Positions 45,376 to 60,510 of a stretch of DNA of 64,000 nt are shown here, piece by piece. This stretch comes from Eledone cirrhosa (Eukaryota), in NCBI GenBank assembly GCA_964016885.1, contig OZ024742.1:75144001-75208000 (forward strand). The letters are read 5' to 3'. The stretch's first letter is position 1, and each line of letters starts with the position of its first letter. The translations under genes were made by a program, and so were the position numbers. The notes beneath the pieces are model-generated. The model made no database searches and was not told the DNA's origin. It was given only the letters and a program-made list of their open reading frames with translations.

Positions 45376-45403
45376 TTGATGTATGTGTGTGTATATATAT
45401 ATA

Positions 45404-45442
<39 letters not shown>

Positions 45443-45508
45443 GTTATTCCGGGTTGAATCGGAGGTAACCACAGTAAGTAAGGTACTCAATACATAGCAG
45501 AGTATAAC

Positions 45509-46754
<1,246 letters not shown>

Positions 46755-47725
46755 GTGTGTGTATATATATATATATCAAAATGTTTATATATATATAAAA
46801 TTTATACTTTAATATATTCTATAGATATACTCTTATGAAAGAGTTTTTTTATGGTTTATGCTTTGGATATATTCCTATGAAAGAATTTTTAAATGTTAAC
46901 ACGTGATAGCAAACAAATTTATGTTTTTAACAACACATTTTTGACAAATGTTCCAAAACTATCCTTCTTTTCTCTTTTTCCTGTCATCCCATTCTTATCA
47001 AAAGACATGTATCTTACATCTCATTAAAACCCAGACACGCACCTAAATTCATCTTTGATATAGAAATTTGTAGAAGATATTTTTTATAAATTTAAGAAAG
47101 TTGATTCAACTATGAGAAACGAATTTGAAAAACACCCTGCCATTATATACTCATCAAAGGTCAGCTAATGAAATAAAACCAGCAGGATGGGATGTTTACA
47201 ACCACCTTCTAAAACACCCTTATCTTGATGTCAACCTCACCATTTTCTGAGTGTGTATATATGTGTGTGTATGGGTATGTGTGTATGTGTGGGTATGTGT
47301 GTATGTGTGGGTATGTTTGTGTGTATGCTTTAATTCCTCCAAATCTTCATCAGCACTCATTAACACCACACTCCACACCCCAAACACATTCAAATCTCTC
47401 TTATATATAGTCACACATCTCAACACAACCTGATCTCAGTTTGACAATCACCACCGACGAGTGCTAGAAAGTTCTCCAACAAAGTTAACCAGGAATCTTT
47501 AGAATTCTTCCCACCGAAGTTAACAACGAACTTACTAGATCTACCAACTCATAATATTATAATATTATAAAATTAAATCAAATTATTTAAAAATACAAGT
47601 GCAGTCATTCTTTTCTTTTTTTTCAAATATATATATATATATAAGGGAAATAAGAAAAAGAGTAGAAAATGCTAATAGTATTTTCTCATAGAATAACAGC
47701 AAACCATTTTTGCAAATGTAATTTA

Positions 47726-47768
47726 CAGTACCGGTTTCAGCCGATATATATTTCGACTTCTTCGTGCC
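47726..47768 (-). ncRNA. Degenerate hammerhead motif in a short TA-flanked insert
   Basis: Reverse complement: acGAAGA-AGTCGA-aatatata-TCGGCT-GAAA-CCGG-TA; first two core bases altered. Confidence 0.45.
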
Positions 47769-47871
47769 ACAGGAAATATGATAAAAAGTATATGATAAAA
47801 TTAAGGTGTATATTAATTAAAAGAGGATATTAGATAACATAGTTTACATATATATAAAAACTCACATTTTC

Positions 47872-47936
<65 letters not shown>

Positions 47937-48019
47937 TTGGTGGTTTGGTGGTAGTAGCAGCTAAAATGGAAGTTAGCTTGTCCTCTCTTACTGTCTGACT
48001 GGTTGTTGACATCAATTGC

Positions 48020-48111
<92 letters not shown>

Positions 48112-48316
48112 AAGAAGAAGAAGAAGAAGAAGAAGAAGAAGAAGAAGAAGAAGAAGAAGACGAAGAAGAAGAAGAAGCAGCAGCAGCAGCAGCAGCAGTA
48201 ACAGCAGCAGCAGAATATGTGGTAGTAATAATAGGGGTATAGTAAAGGAGGACAAGGAGTTGTAGAAGGATACGACGGGGAGGTGTGGTTGTAATATTAT
48301 TATTATCAGTAGTAAC

Positions 48317-49152
48317 GGTGGATTGTCAGTATCGGTGTAGGGTCGGACGCCATGCTTTCCAGCATTGTTACGTCCCTTTACGATCTGTGTTCAAATCCCG
48401 CCGAGGTTGACTTTGCCTTTCATCCTTACGGGGTCGATAAAATAAAGTACCAGTAATGCACTGGGTAATTGCTGGCCTTGTGCCTAAAGTAGAAACAATT
48501 ATAAGGGCGGGGAATTGGCAGCATCGGTAGAGAGACGGACGCCATGCTTTCTAGCATAGGTACGTCCCTTTACAGTCTGAGTTCAAATCCCGCCGAGGTT
48601 AACTTTGCCTTTCATCCTACGGGGTCGATAAAATAAAGTACCAGTAATGTACTGGGTAATTGCTGGCCTTGTGCCTAAAGTAGAAACAATTATCATTAAT
48701 ACTATCACTATTAATATTACTAATTATTATTAGTGCTATTATTATATATTTTTCTACTTTTTAAAGGGCGGTGAATTGGCAGTATCGGTGGAGGGTCGGA
48801 CGCCATGCTTTCCAGCATAGTTACGTCCCTTTACGATCTGAGTTCAAATCCCGCCGAGGTTGACTTTGCCTTTCATCCTTACGGGGTCGATAAAATAAAG
48901 TACCAGTAATGTACTGGGTATTTGCTGGCCTTGTGCCTAAAGTAGAAACAATTATTCAGGGCGCTGAATTGGCAGTATCGGCAGAAAGTCGGACACCATG
49001 CTTTGATGCATAGAGTTACGGCCCTTGCCATCCTCAGTTCAAATCCGGCCGAGGTTAACTTTGCCTTCCATCCTTACGGGGTCGATAAAATAAAGTACCA
49101 GTAATACACTGGGTATGTGCTGGCCTTGTGCCAAAAGTAGAAACAATTATTA
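48317..49152 (+). mobile_element. Cluster of four head-to-tail SINEs
   Basis: Copies at ~48317-48501, 48504-48692, 48765-48956 and 48958-49152, each with A/B boxes, core and ATT tail. Confidence 0.92.
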
Positions 49153-50419
49153 TCAGTAGTAATAATAGCAGCTGTCCGTGGGACTGACCTTAATGTTAGA
49201 GTGACCTAAAATTGACCTGAAGTAATTATTGTTTCTAAATATATCTCTCTCTCTTAGGAAATACTGTATTTCTCTGTAGGAAATACTGTCCTTCTTGATT
49301 TGTCCATTGGAGCCGTCCCTCGGGGGAACGCCTTCTCCATTCTGTCCGCTGGGGCTGTGGGGAGACAAGCTGATTATATTACGAATTCTGTTGAATAGTC
49401 TTAAATACGATTATTAGGAGAGGCTATTATATACACCTGTCAAGTAAACCCCGACACTAAGGGAGTTAACCATCAACACGTTTAATTCTCAACAGCTGAT
49501 TTAAACAAATTATTAAATCTAGTCAGAGGAGGAAGGTTAGTACCAATACAATACATGCAGTACATTTTAGATTATGAGTTGAGTGCTTGTTGCAGTTTTG
49601 TCTGCGGTGGAGGCGTTTATGAAATTGTCCGTGCCTTTGTCTGTTTCGAGTTTTCTGCTTCCAGTAAATGTTCCTCTTGTTTCTTTATGATATATATATG
49701 TGTATGAAACCATTCGAATGAGACAGTTCTAGTCCTGTAGAAGTCATTTTTATAAAAGAAAAAAAATGCCTATACTCTACTGTGTAACCCTTTTAACTGT
49801 CGTTACTCGCCAACACAATATGGGAATCTACCCCCTCCCCATATATATATATTCATATAATATTAATTGTATATCAAATTAAAACCGAAACTGAAACAGC
49901 TACTTTGTATATAGCTCTACTATGTTACCGAACTGGTCACTCAGAAGATGTATTTTGAAATTATTATTAGTTAGAAAAATCTTATCAAAGGAGTAGCAAC
50001 CATATGTAATTGTTTGGCTTACGGCACATCTTAACACTCTTGACATGCTCTGGACTTAATATGAAATATTTATTTTTATAACATAATATTGAAACTCTAA
50101 CATATAAGTGTACTCCAGGTTGGTATAAGGTCATTTTATGGAACGGGTGTTACGGATTGGATATTAATCGAAATCTAGAGAAAAAAAGTTTTGAACAATG
50201 TTAATATAATAACCTTTTAGGAGCTCACCTCAAGGGAACAGGCTAAATATGTATTGTCGGACTTGTTCTCTTTCCACTCCAGAAGTTCTCATCAGATGGC
50301 TAATTGTCCAAACGTGTGGAAAGATCAATCTAAGGAGAAAGCGAAGTCGGTTCACTTATTAGCAAAAGGCTATCATAAGACACAGAAACATATACTCATA
50401 CACACACACGCACACACAG

Positions 50420-50452
<33 letters not shown>

Positions 50453-50670
50453 CGCACACAAACATACTCATAAATAAACAAAAAAGGTGAAGATGTGGTT
50501 TAAAGAGGCAGCGTGTTAAACGCGTGAATGCATATGATTAGGTGAGTTCTGTCTAACAAATATAGAGGTTGGAATGTTAGTTGGAGTTAGGTGAATCTCT
50601 CTCACTGCTTCCTCTGTATCGCTCTCTTTCTCTCTCTCATTCTCTCTCTCTCTCTCTATATATATATGTA

Positions 50671-50758
<88 letters not shown>

Positions 50759-50957
50759 TATGTATTATATATATATATATATATGTATATATATAAATAA
50801 ATATACACGGGTGTGTATGATTGTGTATAGAAGATTATATTAATAAAAGGAATTCCAACGTGGTCTGATTTACTCGTTTTATTTACAATCCTTTAAGATG
50901 TATAATGGTATTAGAATGAAATAGTATGGTAGAATATTAAATGTTAAGTGTTAATTG

Positions 50958-50992
50958 AACAAGTACTTTCATGCTTTCGCAATCTTCAGGTT
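50958..50992 (-). ncRNA. Minimal hammerhead ribozyme in PLE 3' end
   Basis: Reverse complement: AAC-CTGAAGA-T-TGC-gaaa-GCA-T-GAAA-GTAC-TT-GTT; palindromic AAGTACTT. Confidence 0.8.
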
Positions 50993-51373
50993 TATATTCT
51001 GTGGTGACAGTCAAGTTTGCAATTTTCAACTGTAATGAGATAGGTAAATTTTGTGCCTTATATACAGTGAAAAGCGGCTACAGGATGCTAAATTTTGCAA
51101 ACTGTATTTCGACCAATCGGTGTGTAGTTTCACTGGATTACTAAAGCTGATTGGTTTAGGCGTCACGGTTGGTTGAGCATGTCTAACGACTACTGTTTGA
51201 CTCTATCCAAAGCATCAATTGTTTTGCTATTTTTAGAAATGATGAAAATAGCATTTTCTAGTAATCATCAACATCACTTTTATTATTATTATTATTGTTG
51301 TTGTTGTTAGTAGTGGTAGTCGACATGACATGGTCGTAGTCATAATCATAGTAGGAGTAATTATTATTGTTCA

Positions 51374-52925
51374 TTTAGCTTGGGTTGGAATTTATGAATA
51401 ACATTCTTTTCTTTGATTTTTCACTTAATTTCACTTGGGCTGTGTAATTTGTAGAATGGACATATTATAAATATTTTCTGACCACATGTTGCTAAATGGT
51501 TACTCAGGGGCTGACGGACATTTGGGTCTCTGATTTGCTGTCGGTGCACCCGTGCACGTTCCGATAGTGCATTTCCAGTTTGAACGACATATAGTTCATC
51601 ACAATTCGGGCATTTAATGCAGTAAATTAGATTTCTGCTTTTGCAGTTCATATTTGCATTTGGGAATATTTTTCCAGTTTTTGTGTTCATATATTGACCG
51701 GTGTGTATGGATTGACATGTGCCACATCGACTATCATTGCATTCAGATACAGTGAATGATTGGTCTTTGTTGTTAAGGTCAAACCTTGCTTTTGATAGTA
51801 ATTGCTTCAAATTTTTCTGCTGTCTTTTACTAAGAGTCAAAGATCGGCCTGTGATAAACCTTTTAATTCATTACTTTGAGCAATGATCGGTAGGTTTGCT
51901 TTGGCAGTGTTGAAGATATTCTGGTGACATGGGCTGTGTGTCATTTTAAATGGCATGACCAGTTCTTGGTTTCTTCTTCCTTGGTTTGTCCTAAGTTGTT
52001 GTATAGGTATTTTTATAGCCCGCTGTATGCCATTTTCTATAAGTAGAGATGGATATTTTTGTTTGAGCAAAAATTCTCTTATTTCTGTTAGGCGTTTGTT
52101 CCTGGTATTCGTATCTTCTACAATGGTACAAATTCTTCTGGCTAGGCAGTATGGGATGTTGCGTTTTGTATGAGGTGGATAACACGACTTAAAATTCAGA
52201 TATTGATGGGTGTCTGTGTGTTTATAATATATATCCGTGGTAATGGTGGTGTCGTTTTTGATTACCATTATATCTAGGAATGGTAATTTGGTACTACTCA
52301 TCTCTTTTGTGAATTGGAGAGATGGGTGTAGGTTATTCAGGAGGATATTGAATTCATCCAGATTATCTAGAGATTCTGTCCAGATGATGAAACAGTCGTC
52401 AAGGTATCTCTTCCAAGACTTTTCAATGTACTTTCTAAAGTCAGTGCTATATTTTTCTTCTATTTCTTGGTAGAGTTGTTGTTCTAAGTATCCCATTACA
52501 GAGTTCGCGTAAACGGTAACAAACTTCGTTCCCATCGCTGTGCCTCTAATTTGGATGTAATTATTTCCATTGAAAAAGAAAGTGTTGTTTTCCAGAATAA
52601 GTTTGACTGCGTTTAATATAAATGGCGCTGTGAATGTGGTGGCAATCACTTCTCTATGTTTTTCCACCCAGTATTTAACCGGCTTTATTCGTAAATCATG
52701 TGTAATGTTGGTGTAAAGGCTTACCACATCAAAACTAAGTAGAAGTGAATTCGTTTCCGTGGTTTTGGGAAGATGGGACAGGAAGTCGATATCATCCCGG
52801 ATGAAACTGGGTAGGTGAATACATAGTGGTTTCAAAATAATGTCAACAAAATTGCTTAGACGGTGGGTGAGGCATGTTGGACCAGCTATAATAGGTCTAA
52901 GTTTTAAGTCTTTTGGGTGTAGTAA
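51374..52925 (-). pseudogene. PLE reverse transcriptase/GIY-YIG ORF, truncated and frameshifted
   Basis: ORFs 51837-52835 (RT) and 51421-51840 (EN) are in different frames; premature stop at 51421. Confidence 0.9.
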
Positions 52926-52987
52926 TTTAATGATTTACAGCGCCATTTATATTAAACGCAGTCAAACTTATTCTGTGTGTATATATG

Positions 52988-53118
<131 letters not shown>

Positions 53119-53249
53119 GTGAGGTTTTCTTTACAAAATGAAAAATAACCGAGGTGTCCTACACGAGTGGAAGTATAAAGAAAAAGGGATGAAATCGAAA
53201 ATGCAACTGAAGTCTTATTTTTTTTTTAAATATATATATTTATTTGGTT

Positions 53250-53287
53250 CCTTTACCGGTTTCGCAGTTCTTCTGCTTTTCAAAAGG
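53250..53287 (-). ncRNA. Hammerhead ribozyme, U3-A8 variant
   Basis: Reverse complement: CCTT-TTGAAAA-GCAG-aagaa-CTGC-GAAA-CCGG-TA-AAGG. Confidence 0.85.
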
Positions 53288-54299
53288 TGAGTTGAGATGG
53301 AGGGTCTGTGGTTTTTCTCACATCTGGTTGGTCTCTAAATGTTACTTGTTTTATATGGAAAAAGTGGCTCGAAAACCAGGTTTTTCGAGAAGTAATTTGA
53401 TTGGTTTGTCAATAATTATAATAAATTTCGCGCCAGTTCGCGTTACAATAGTTCTTCAAATAAGAGAGGGGGGGGGGTTGTCACAGGTTGTTTTTTCATA
53501 TATGAGTGTTTGAATTTCTTTTTACTTGAAAAAATGAGGCTCACGAAGGCTTTTTTTTGGTTGGTTATAAATGAAATTTGGCTGTCACGTGAACAAGTTT
53601 TCATTACATTTTTGCGCCCTTATTTGGAAAACTATTCTGTAGTCTTTATAGTGAATGTTATGACAATGGAGAGATAGTGGTCAAGGGAAAAGGGATTGGG
53701 AGAAATGTTCTGGTTCAGTGAATATGGCCAGCTGTCAGAGTTCAGGTGTCAGAGTTCAGATTTTCTATTGAGACTGAAGATATGTGTTTATTTGTGTGCT
53801 TGTGTGTGTGTATATGTGTGTGTGTGTATGTGTGTATTGGAAGATGATTCTATTAGTAGAGATGGGGGAGGGAGTTGTGTGTTATGTGTGTGTGTGCGAG
53901 TATGTTAGATAGAGAGAATATATATTTTGTGTGTGTGTATATATATATGTGTGTAGGAAAGTGGTTCTATTAGTAGAAATGGGGAGGGTGTTGTAGGTGT
54001 GGGGGTTGTTATGTGTGTGTATGGGTGTTATGTGTGTGGGAGTATGGTTAGCATGTTAAGATGAAGAGAATATATATATATATATATATTGTGTGTGTGT
54101 GTATGTGTGTGTGTAGGAAAATGATTCCTTTAGCAGGAATATTTTTGAATGAACATATTTTCCTGACTTTTTCGTGTTTGCTATTGTATTGCCAGTGCAA
54201 ACGTATGTTTAAGGTTTATTTAGTTCGGGTTTTTATTTTCTAAAGTAGAAGGTGTTATGTGTGTGTGTGTATGTCATTGTGGTGTTGACATAATGTATA

Positions 54300-55037
54300 T
54301 TAAACCTTATTTAATGTTGGTCTATATTTTTGAATAAACATATTTTCCTTATTTATTCGCATTTGTTCTGTTGTATTGTTAGCGCAAAGGTAAAATGGGA
54401 AGACTTGGAATTTGGGTGTCTTATTACTTGCGCAAATGTCTAGATATGCACTTAGTGGTATCTGTCTCGTGGTTGGATCTCGTAATTGTTGGCGATGAAC
54501 TGTCATTCTGTTTCTGAGTGTGAGTTTAGTTTGTCCTATATAATCTTCATTGCATCCTTTACATTTAATGGCATAAACTAGATTTTTTGATGAGCAAGTG
54601 AAGTGATTTTTTACAGTAAAATTTTGTCCTGATTTAAATGTATACGTGTTGCCTTCAATGAGGTGAGTGCAGGTTCCACAATTAGAGCGACCACAGTTTT
54701 TGATACTTGGTTGTGGGTTTGTGGTAGGTAATTTGGCATTGGTGAGTAATGTTTTCAGTGATTTTGGTTGTCTTTTGCTTTTGATTATTTTGTGTGCTTC
54801 AAGTGCTTTTTTCATTCTTGGGTTTTGTTTTATTAGTGGGATGTTATTGTGAATAGTGTTGTAAGCTTCCGCATTTCTTGGGTTGTTGGTTGAGATATAT
54901 GATAGAATATTGGACGTACCTTGAATTTGTTTCTGTTTCCGTAATTCATCAATGCCTATTGCTTTAGCCTTTTCTATTCCATTATTTATTAGTAATAGTG
55001 GGTACTCTCTCTCAAGTAGAATTTCCTTTAATTCTTG
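54300..55037 (-). pseudogene. PLE RT-thumb/linker/GIY-YIG fragment
   Basis: CGRSNCGTC; NLVYAIKCKGCNEDYIGQT...RMTVHR; KENMFIQKYRPTLN; upstream REYPLLLINNGIEKA. Confidence 0.88.
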
Positions 55038-55225
55038 AAGTCTTTTATTTCGCGTTTCATAATTGGAGACAATTCACTGGCGCGAAATTTATTATAATTA
55101 TTGACAAACCAATCAAATTACTTCTCAAAAAACCTGGTTTTCGAGCCACTTTTTCCATATAAAACAAGTAACATTTAGAGACCAACCAGATGTGAGAAAA
55201 ACCACAGACCCTCCATCTCAACTCA

Positions 55226-55263
55226 CCTTTTGAAAAGCAGAAGAACTGCGAAACCGGTAAAGG
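55226..55263 (+). ncRNA. Hammerhead ribozyme, U3-A8 variant
   Basis: CCTT-TTGAAAA-GCAG-aagaa-CTGC-GAAA-CCGG-TA-AAGG, followed by AATAAA. Confidence 0.85.
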
Positions 55264-55354
55264 AACCAAATAAATATATATATTTAAAAAAAAAATAAGA
55301 CTTCAGTTGCATTTTCGATTTCATCCCTTTTTCTTTATATATATGTATATATAT

Positions 55355-56263
55355 AAACGGAAAAAATGAAACGAAATTTCATTTCTCACTCTTAGTACGG
55401 CTGTTACTTAAATATAAGTATGTATACGTACATACATATATGTATACAGACATACAGTAGTATGTATATATATATACATACATGCACACATATATATATG
55501 TACATATGGATTCACCGAACATTTATTATAATGCTCGGTGTGTTTGTAAACAAACATGCAGAATTAAGCCGTACAGTGTCTAGCAACCATCGTTGCTCAT
55601 TTATTCAACACTGACAAATGAACGCTGTACTAGTTTCAAGCTTATTAGCTATCGTCAGCAACGTATACCTTCCTGCCAGATGATTGAACGTCTGAAAGTA
55701 TATACTTTCCTTATGCATATTAACGGCTATATATATGTGTGCATGTATGTATATATATATATATATACTACTGTACGTCTGTATACATATATGTATGTAC
55801 GTATACATACTTATATTTAAGTAACAGCCGTACTAAGAGTGAGAAATGAAATTTCGTTTCATTTTTTCCGTTTATCGTTTTCGGTATGCCCGGCCGATTA
55901 ACTCACTCGAGATGCAAATTAGGCTGCTCAGCCGTTAATATGCATAAGGAAAGTATATACTTTCAGACGTTCAATCATCTGACAGGAAGGTATACGTTGC
56001 TGAAGATAGCTAATAAGCTTGAAACTAGTACAACGTTCCTTTGTTAGTGTTCAATAAATGAGCAACGATGGTTGCTAGACACTGTACGGCTTAATTCGGG
56101 ATGTTTGTTTACAAACACACCGAGCATTATAATAAATGTTCGGTGAATCCATACGTACATATATATATGTGTGCATATATGTATATATATATATATACAT
56201 ACTACTGTACGTCTATATACATATATGTATGTACGTATACATATATGTATGTACGTACACATA

Positions 56264-56270
<7 letters not shown>
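55355..56270. mobile_element. Non-coding element: inverted copy plus partial tandem (period ~434)
   Basis: 55931-56270 is the reverse complement of ~55415-55728; 55730-55875 of ~55355-55495; CTACTGTACGTCT at 55768 and 56202. Confidence 0.75.
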
Positions 56271-56312
<42 letters not shown>

Positions 56313-56423
56313 ATGTATATGTATATATATATATGTATATGTATATATATATATGTATATATATATGTATATATATATATATCTGTATATATATATATAT
56401 GTATATATATGTATATATATATG

Positions 56424-56482
<59 letters not shown>

Positions 56483-57073
56483 GTATATTTATGTATATAT
56501 ATATATATATATATTTATATATGTATATATATACATGTATATATATATATATATATATACTATAAATATATCTAATATATATGTATATATATATACATGT
56601 ATATATATATATATACTATAAATATATCTAATGGAGAAATTACACTTCTGTTAACATTCCATGTGGATAGCTAAACAGGCGCACACAGAGCACACATATA
56701 CATATATTGTTTTGGAAATTGCTGTATTGGAAATATCATGAAAATCATAACGTTTTATTTTTCTTTGTTTCGGAATAAGTAGAAGCTTCTCATTAGATAG
56801 TATACTATTATTGAAGAAATACGTACAAGACTACATCCTCTGTCCTTATCATTTCATTGGTCTGATGATGAGGGTGATGATGATGAGGAATATGAGGGTG
56901 AAAAAGATGATGATAAAAAAAATATCTAAAACTATTTTTGTACATTAGAGAACGCAAAGAAACAAAGTAGATACATCTTTACTGTCATATTGTAGTAATG
57001 ATGATGACATGATAATTATGATGATAACGATAAATTTGAAGACGATAACAATGATGATGATATTGACCATAAA

Positions 57074-57113
<40 letters not shown>

Positions 57114-57446
57114 GTCATTATAATCACCACCGCCGCCACCCTCCAATACCACCACCACACAAGTAAATGAAAGAAACCAATATTTATAGGTATTACCGGT
57201 TAGAAAAGAATACGAGAATGTTCTGACCAGCTGACATATGAGAGTCCAGACGGTGTGAGATATATTTGTTTGTCTCATCTCACTAAAAGGATACTGACTG
57301 ACAATATTTAAAGTGTGTCTTTGAATAACTCCCTTGACGTTTTTATAAAACGTTGTATTTTTACCCCTTATTTTTAACGTTTCATCTATTATAGGTATAA
57401 GTGTATAGAATGTAAATGCCCTCAGTGGTTAACAAAGAAAGATACC

Positions 57447-57632
57447 AGTATCGGTAGAGGGCCGGACGCCATGCTTTGACATATAGAGTTACGGCCCTTG
57501 CCATTCTGAGTTCAAATCCCGCCGAGGTTAACTTTGCCTTTCATCCTTACGGGGTCAATAAAATAAAGTACCAGTAATGCACTGGGTAATTGCTGGCCTT
57601 GTGCCAAAAAGTAGAAACAATTATTATTATTA
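57447..57632 (+). mobile_element. SINE
   Basis: Same family as the 48317 cluster. Confidence 0.9.
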
Positions 57633-58339
57633 ATTTACAATCACGCAGTTTAGATGTTTAAACTGGAATTTTTTCAAATACCAAGTCAATCTCATTTGAC
57701 CTCAGGTATTCAACACATATCTCAAGATCCTCGCTGCTTCCAACAAACATGTGATTTATATAATGCTAAATTTCTCTTTCATTTCTATTCCGATTAAGCA
57801 TCCTTTAAGATTGCTTGACAGTGTGCCCAAAATCCAATAATAAATGGTATTATCTCAAATGTTTATACTGCAATTCATTATACAGCCTTAGTTTTTCTTT
57901 CTTTTTTTCCTCTTCTGGTGTCAATTGAGCAGGCAACATCTATAATCCATATTCTTCTTTGTTAAACAAAACAATATATGGCTTAAATGGCTTAATGACA
58001 ATAGTTTGATCTTTACCTTTTCCATCACACTTTCAACTTGATGATTATATCATTTCGCAGAGCAAATGAAGTCGAACGCGACGAAGTTTTCACTGGATAT
58101 CTCGAGCCATTTTATCATGTTTCTACAATTTATATTGCCTTTGTGCTAGACCTGTAACTTCGTTGACAGTATGAGTAGCTGTTTCATTCCTTGATACACA
58201 TATTCAACACTAATCTGCTATATCTACCACATTAGTGAATTTCTGATATATCTTGTCCTTAGAAAGCTATTAAAGATCTTCCACTTTTTTTTCATATAAT
58301 TTTTCCTAATCCAGTATTATTATTATTAATAATAGGATT

Positions 58340-58772
58340 AAGGCGGTGGATTGGCAGTATCGGTAGAGGGTCGGATGCCATGCTTTGAAGCATAGAGTTA
58401 CCTCCCCGTATGATCTGAGTTCAAATCCCGCCGAGGTTAACTTTGCCTTTCATCCTTCCGGGGTCGATAGAATAAAGTACCAGTAATGCATTGGGTAATT
58501 GCTGGCCTTGTGCCAAAAGTAGAAACAATTATTATTAATATTATCAGGGCGGTTGATTGACAGATTCGGTAAAGCGTCATATACCATGCTTCGTGATTTA
58601 GAGTTACGTCCCTTTACGCTCTGATTTCAAATCCCGCCGAGGTTAGCTTTGCCTTTCATCCTTACGGGGTCGCTAAAATAAAGTACCAGTAGTAAACACT
58701 AAGGTCGATTTGGCTGACATTCCTCCCACCTTCAAATTGCTGGCCTTGTTCCTAAAGTAGAAACAATTATTC
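58340..58772 (+). mobile_element. Two tandem SINEs
   Basis: Copies at ~58340-58538 and ~58546-58772 within ATT repeats. Confidence 0.9.
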
Positions 58773-58779
58773 TTATTAT

Positions 58780-60510
58780 TTAAAATTTCCTTTGAACTCT
58801 GCTTCTTTCCCATATATTACCTGACACAAGAGGTAACATTTGATAATACACACTTTAAACAATCAATTGTCATACAAATGGTGCCACATGAACACAAACC
58901 ACAGTAAATGTCTTTGCAAGGCATTTAAATTGATAAGGCCCTTCTCATGACATGGACAGTGCTAATCAGCACTATTTTCTGTATCATTTGCAGAGATGGT
59001 TTTCCAGTTATCTGATCCAAATATTTTTTAGTTGCCTTTTTATCATTCCATTACCACCGACTATCACTGGTATTGTACAGGCTTTAAGATCCTACAATTT
59101 CTCAATTTCAATTGATAGATCTTGATATTTACTGAGATGTGGGAACCTTTTCGAGGAGATGTTACGATCTGATGGAATGCTCATGTCAAAGTTTTCTCTT
59201 TATGGTTCTTCACAATTATATCAGGTTTGTCGTTCCCATTTATTTTGCTGTCAGAGTTCACAGGGAAATCCGATAGTGTTGTTACATTCTTGCCTCTACA
59301 TTTATACCTTAAAACTTGCATATTACCCAGTGCAAATATTGCTCCACTCTTTCATACCTCGTTACTCTATCATACCTAATATTATATTCTTGGAAGCTAA
59401 TACTTTGCAGCCTAAAACCAGGTAGTCAATGGTTTTAACATGCATCACAGGATCGATATTTTGCGTCAATTCCATTTCTGACCATATTGGTTTAAAAGTT
59501 GTCCGTTGAGACATACTTGTCTTATGAAGGTAAAATGAAGCCCCCATTCTCTGACTTTAGCCCAGAACTCCACAGACACTGATGGATGAGAGTTTGATAT
59601 ACATCAAGTTCTTTGCTACGGTAAAAAGATTGCCCTTGTAGTGGTTTTTGCTCCCATTTAGTGCACAATTTTCTTTGACCATCATGTTTTGCGATCATTT
59701 TGATGTTATTTGCACCTTTAATTGCAGGATCGACATCATTTTCAAAATATATTCCCAATTCTTCGGCCAACTTCCCACTTTCCATTGTGACTGAATGTAC
59801 CACCTTCTTCCTTTCATGATCTGCAGCCATTTTCACCAACCAGTCATCTGTCGATTTAAGGCACTGATCGAGTCCAATGGTCGTTATCTTGTATGATAGC
59901 TCGAGCTGGATCATTCCTCTACCCCCATTTTTTCTAGATAAATAGAGGTGATCCACGTTTGGTTTAAGGCGATGTATTTTATTACAGGTCAATATTTAGC
60001 TGATTTTGGTGTCAATTCTCTTAATTTCATTACCGTTCCAATTTATGATATTGAAACTGTAGGTGACAAATGGGAGTGCAAGCGTATTTATGACAGATAG
60101 CTTATTCCTCGAGTTAAGCTTAGCTTCAAGACAGCACATATTCTCTGATAGCATGCATTCCTGATTCTTTCATTCATCCCTATATATATCTGTAGGTTTG
60201 TTTCTGTTCTAGTTCCCCAATGACTGTATTCACATCTATTTCCATTGAGTTTGTGCTTGTTATGCTGCCTCTCTTGAGCTTTGCTTTGGCGCATTTTTCC
60301 AATCCAAATTCCATCCTTCCTGACATCATCGCCGAACACCTTACATTGTCATTTTTGGCATACAGATTCAAGTCATCCGTATAAAACAGGTGATTTATGG
60401 TTTTGACGTCTATTTTGTAGCCATATTTTGTTTTGTTGAGCGCTAAAGACAGCGGTGTGAATGCAACGTAAAATATCAGAGGCGATAAAGAATCACCTAG
60501 AAAACTACCA
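58780..60510 (-). mobile_element. Decayed R4/Dong-like non-LTR retrotransposon (RT and restriction-like endonuclease region)
   Basis: GDSLSPLIF, NHLFYTDDL, MEFGLEKCA, HLYLSRKNGGRGM, GLKSE; 3' end abuts a TAA-type tract. Confidence 0.78.

Larger units (their letters stand above)
50810..52925 (-). mobile_element. 5'-truncated Penelope-like element (Neptune-like): RT, Cys linker, GIY-YIG, 3' UTR with HHR
   Basis: RPII, SFDVVSLYTNI, GTAMGT, RYLDD, PFLD, YYKHTDTHQYL; CxxxxCxxC; NLIYCIKCPNCDELYVVQT; (TA)n on both sides. Confidence 0.92.

Noticed and set aside
49153-49680. Possible host exon or short ORF
   Set aside because: No recognisable domain; upstream in-frame stops; adjacent to repeat remnants.
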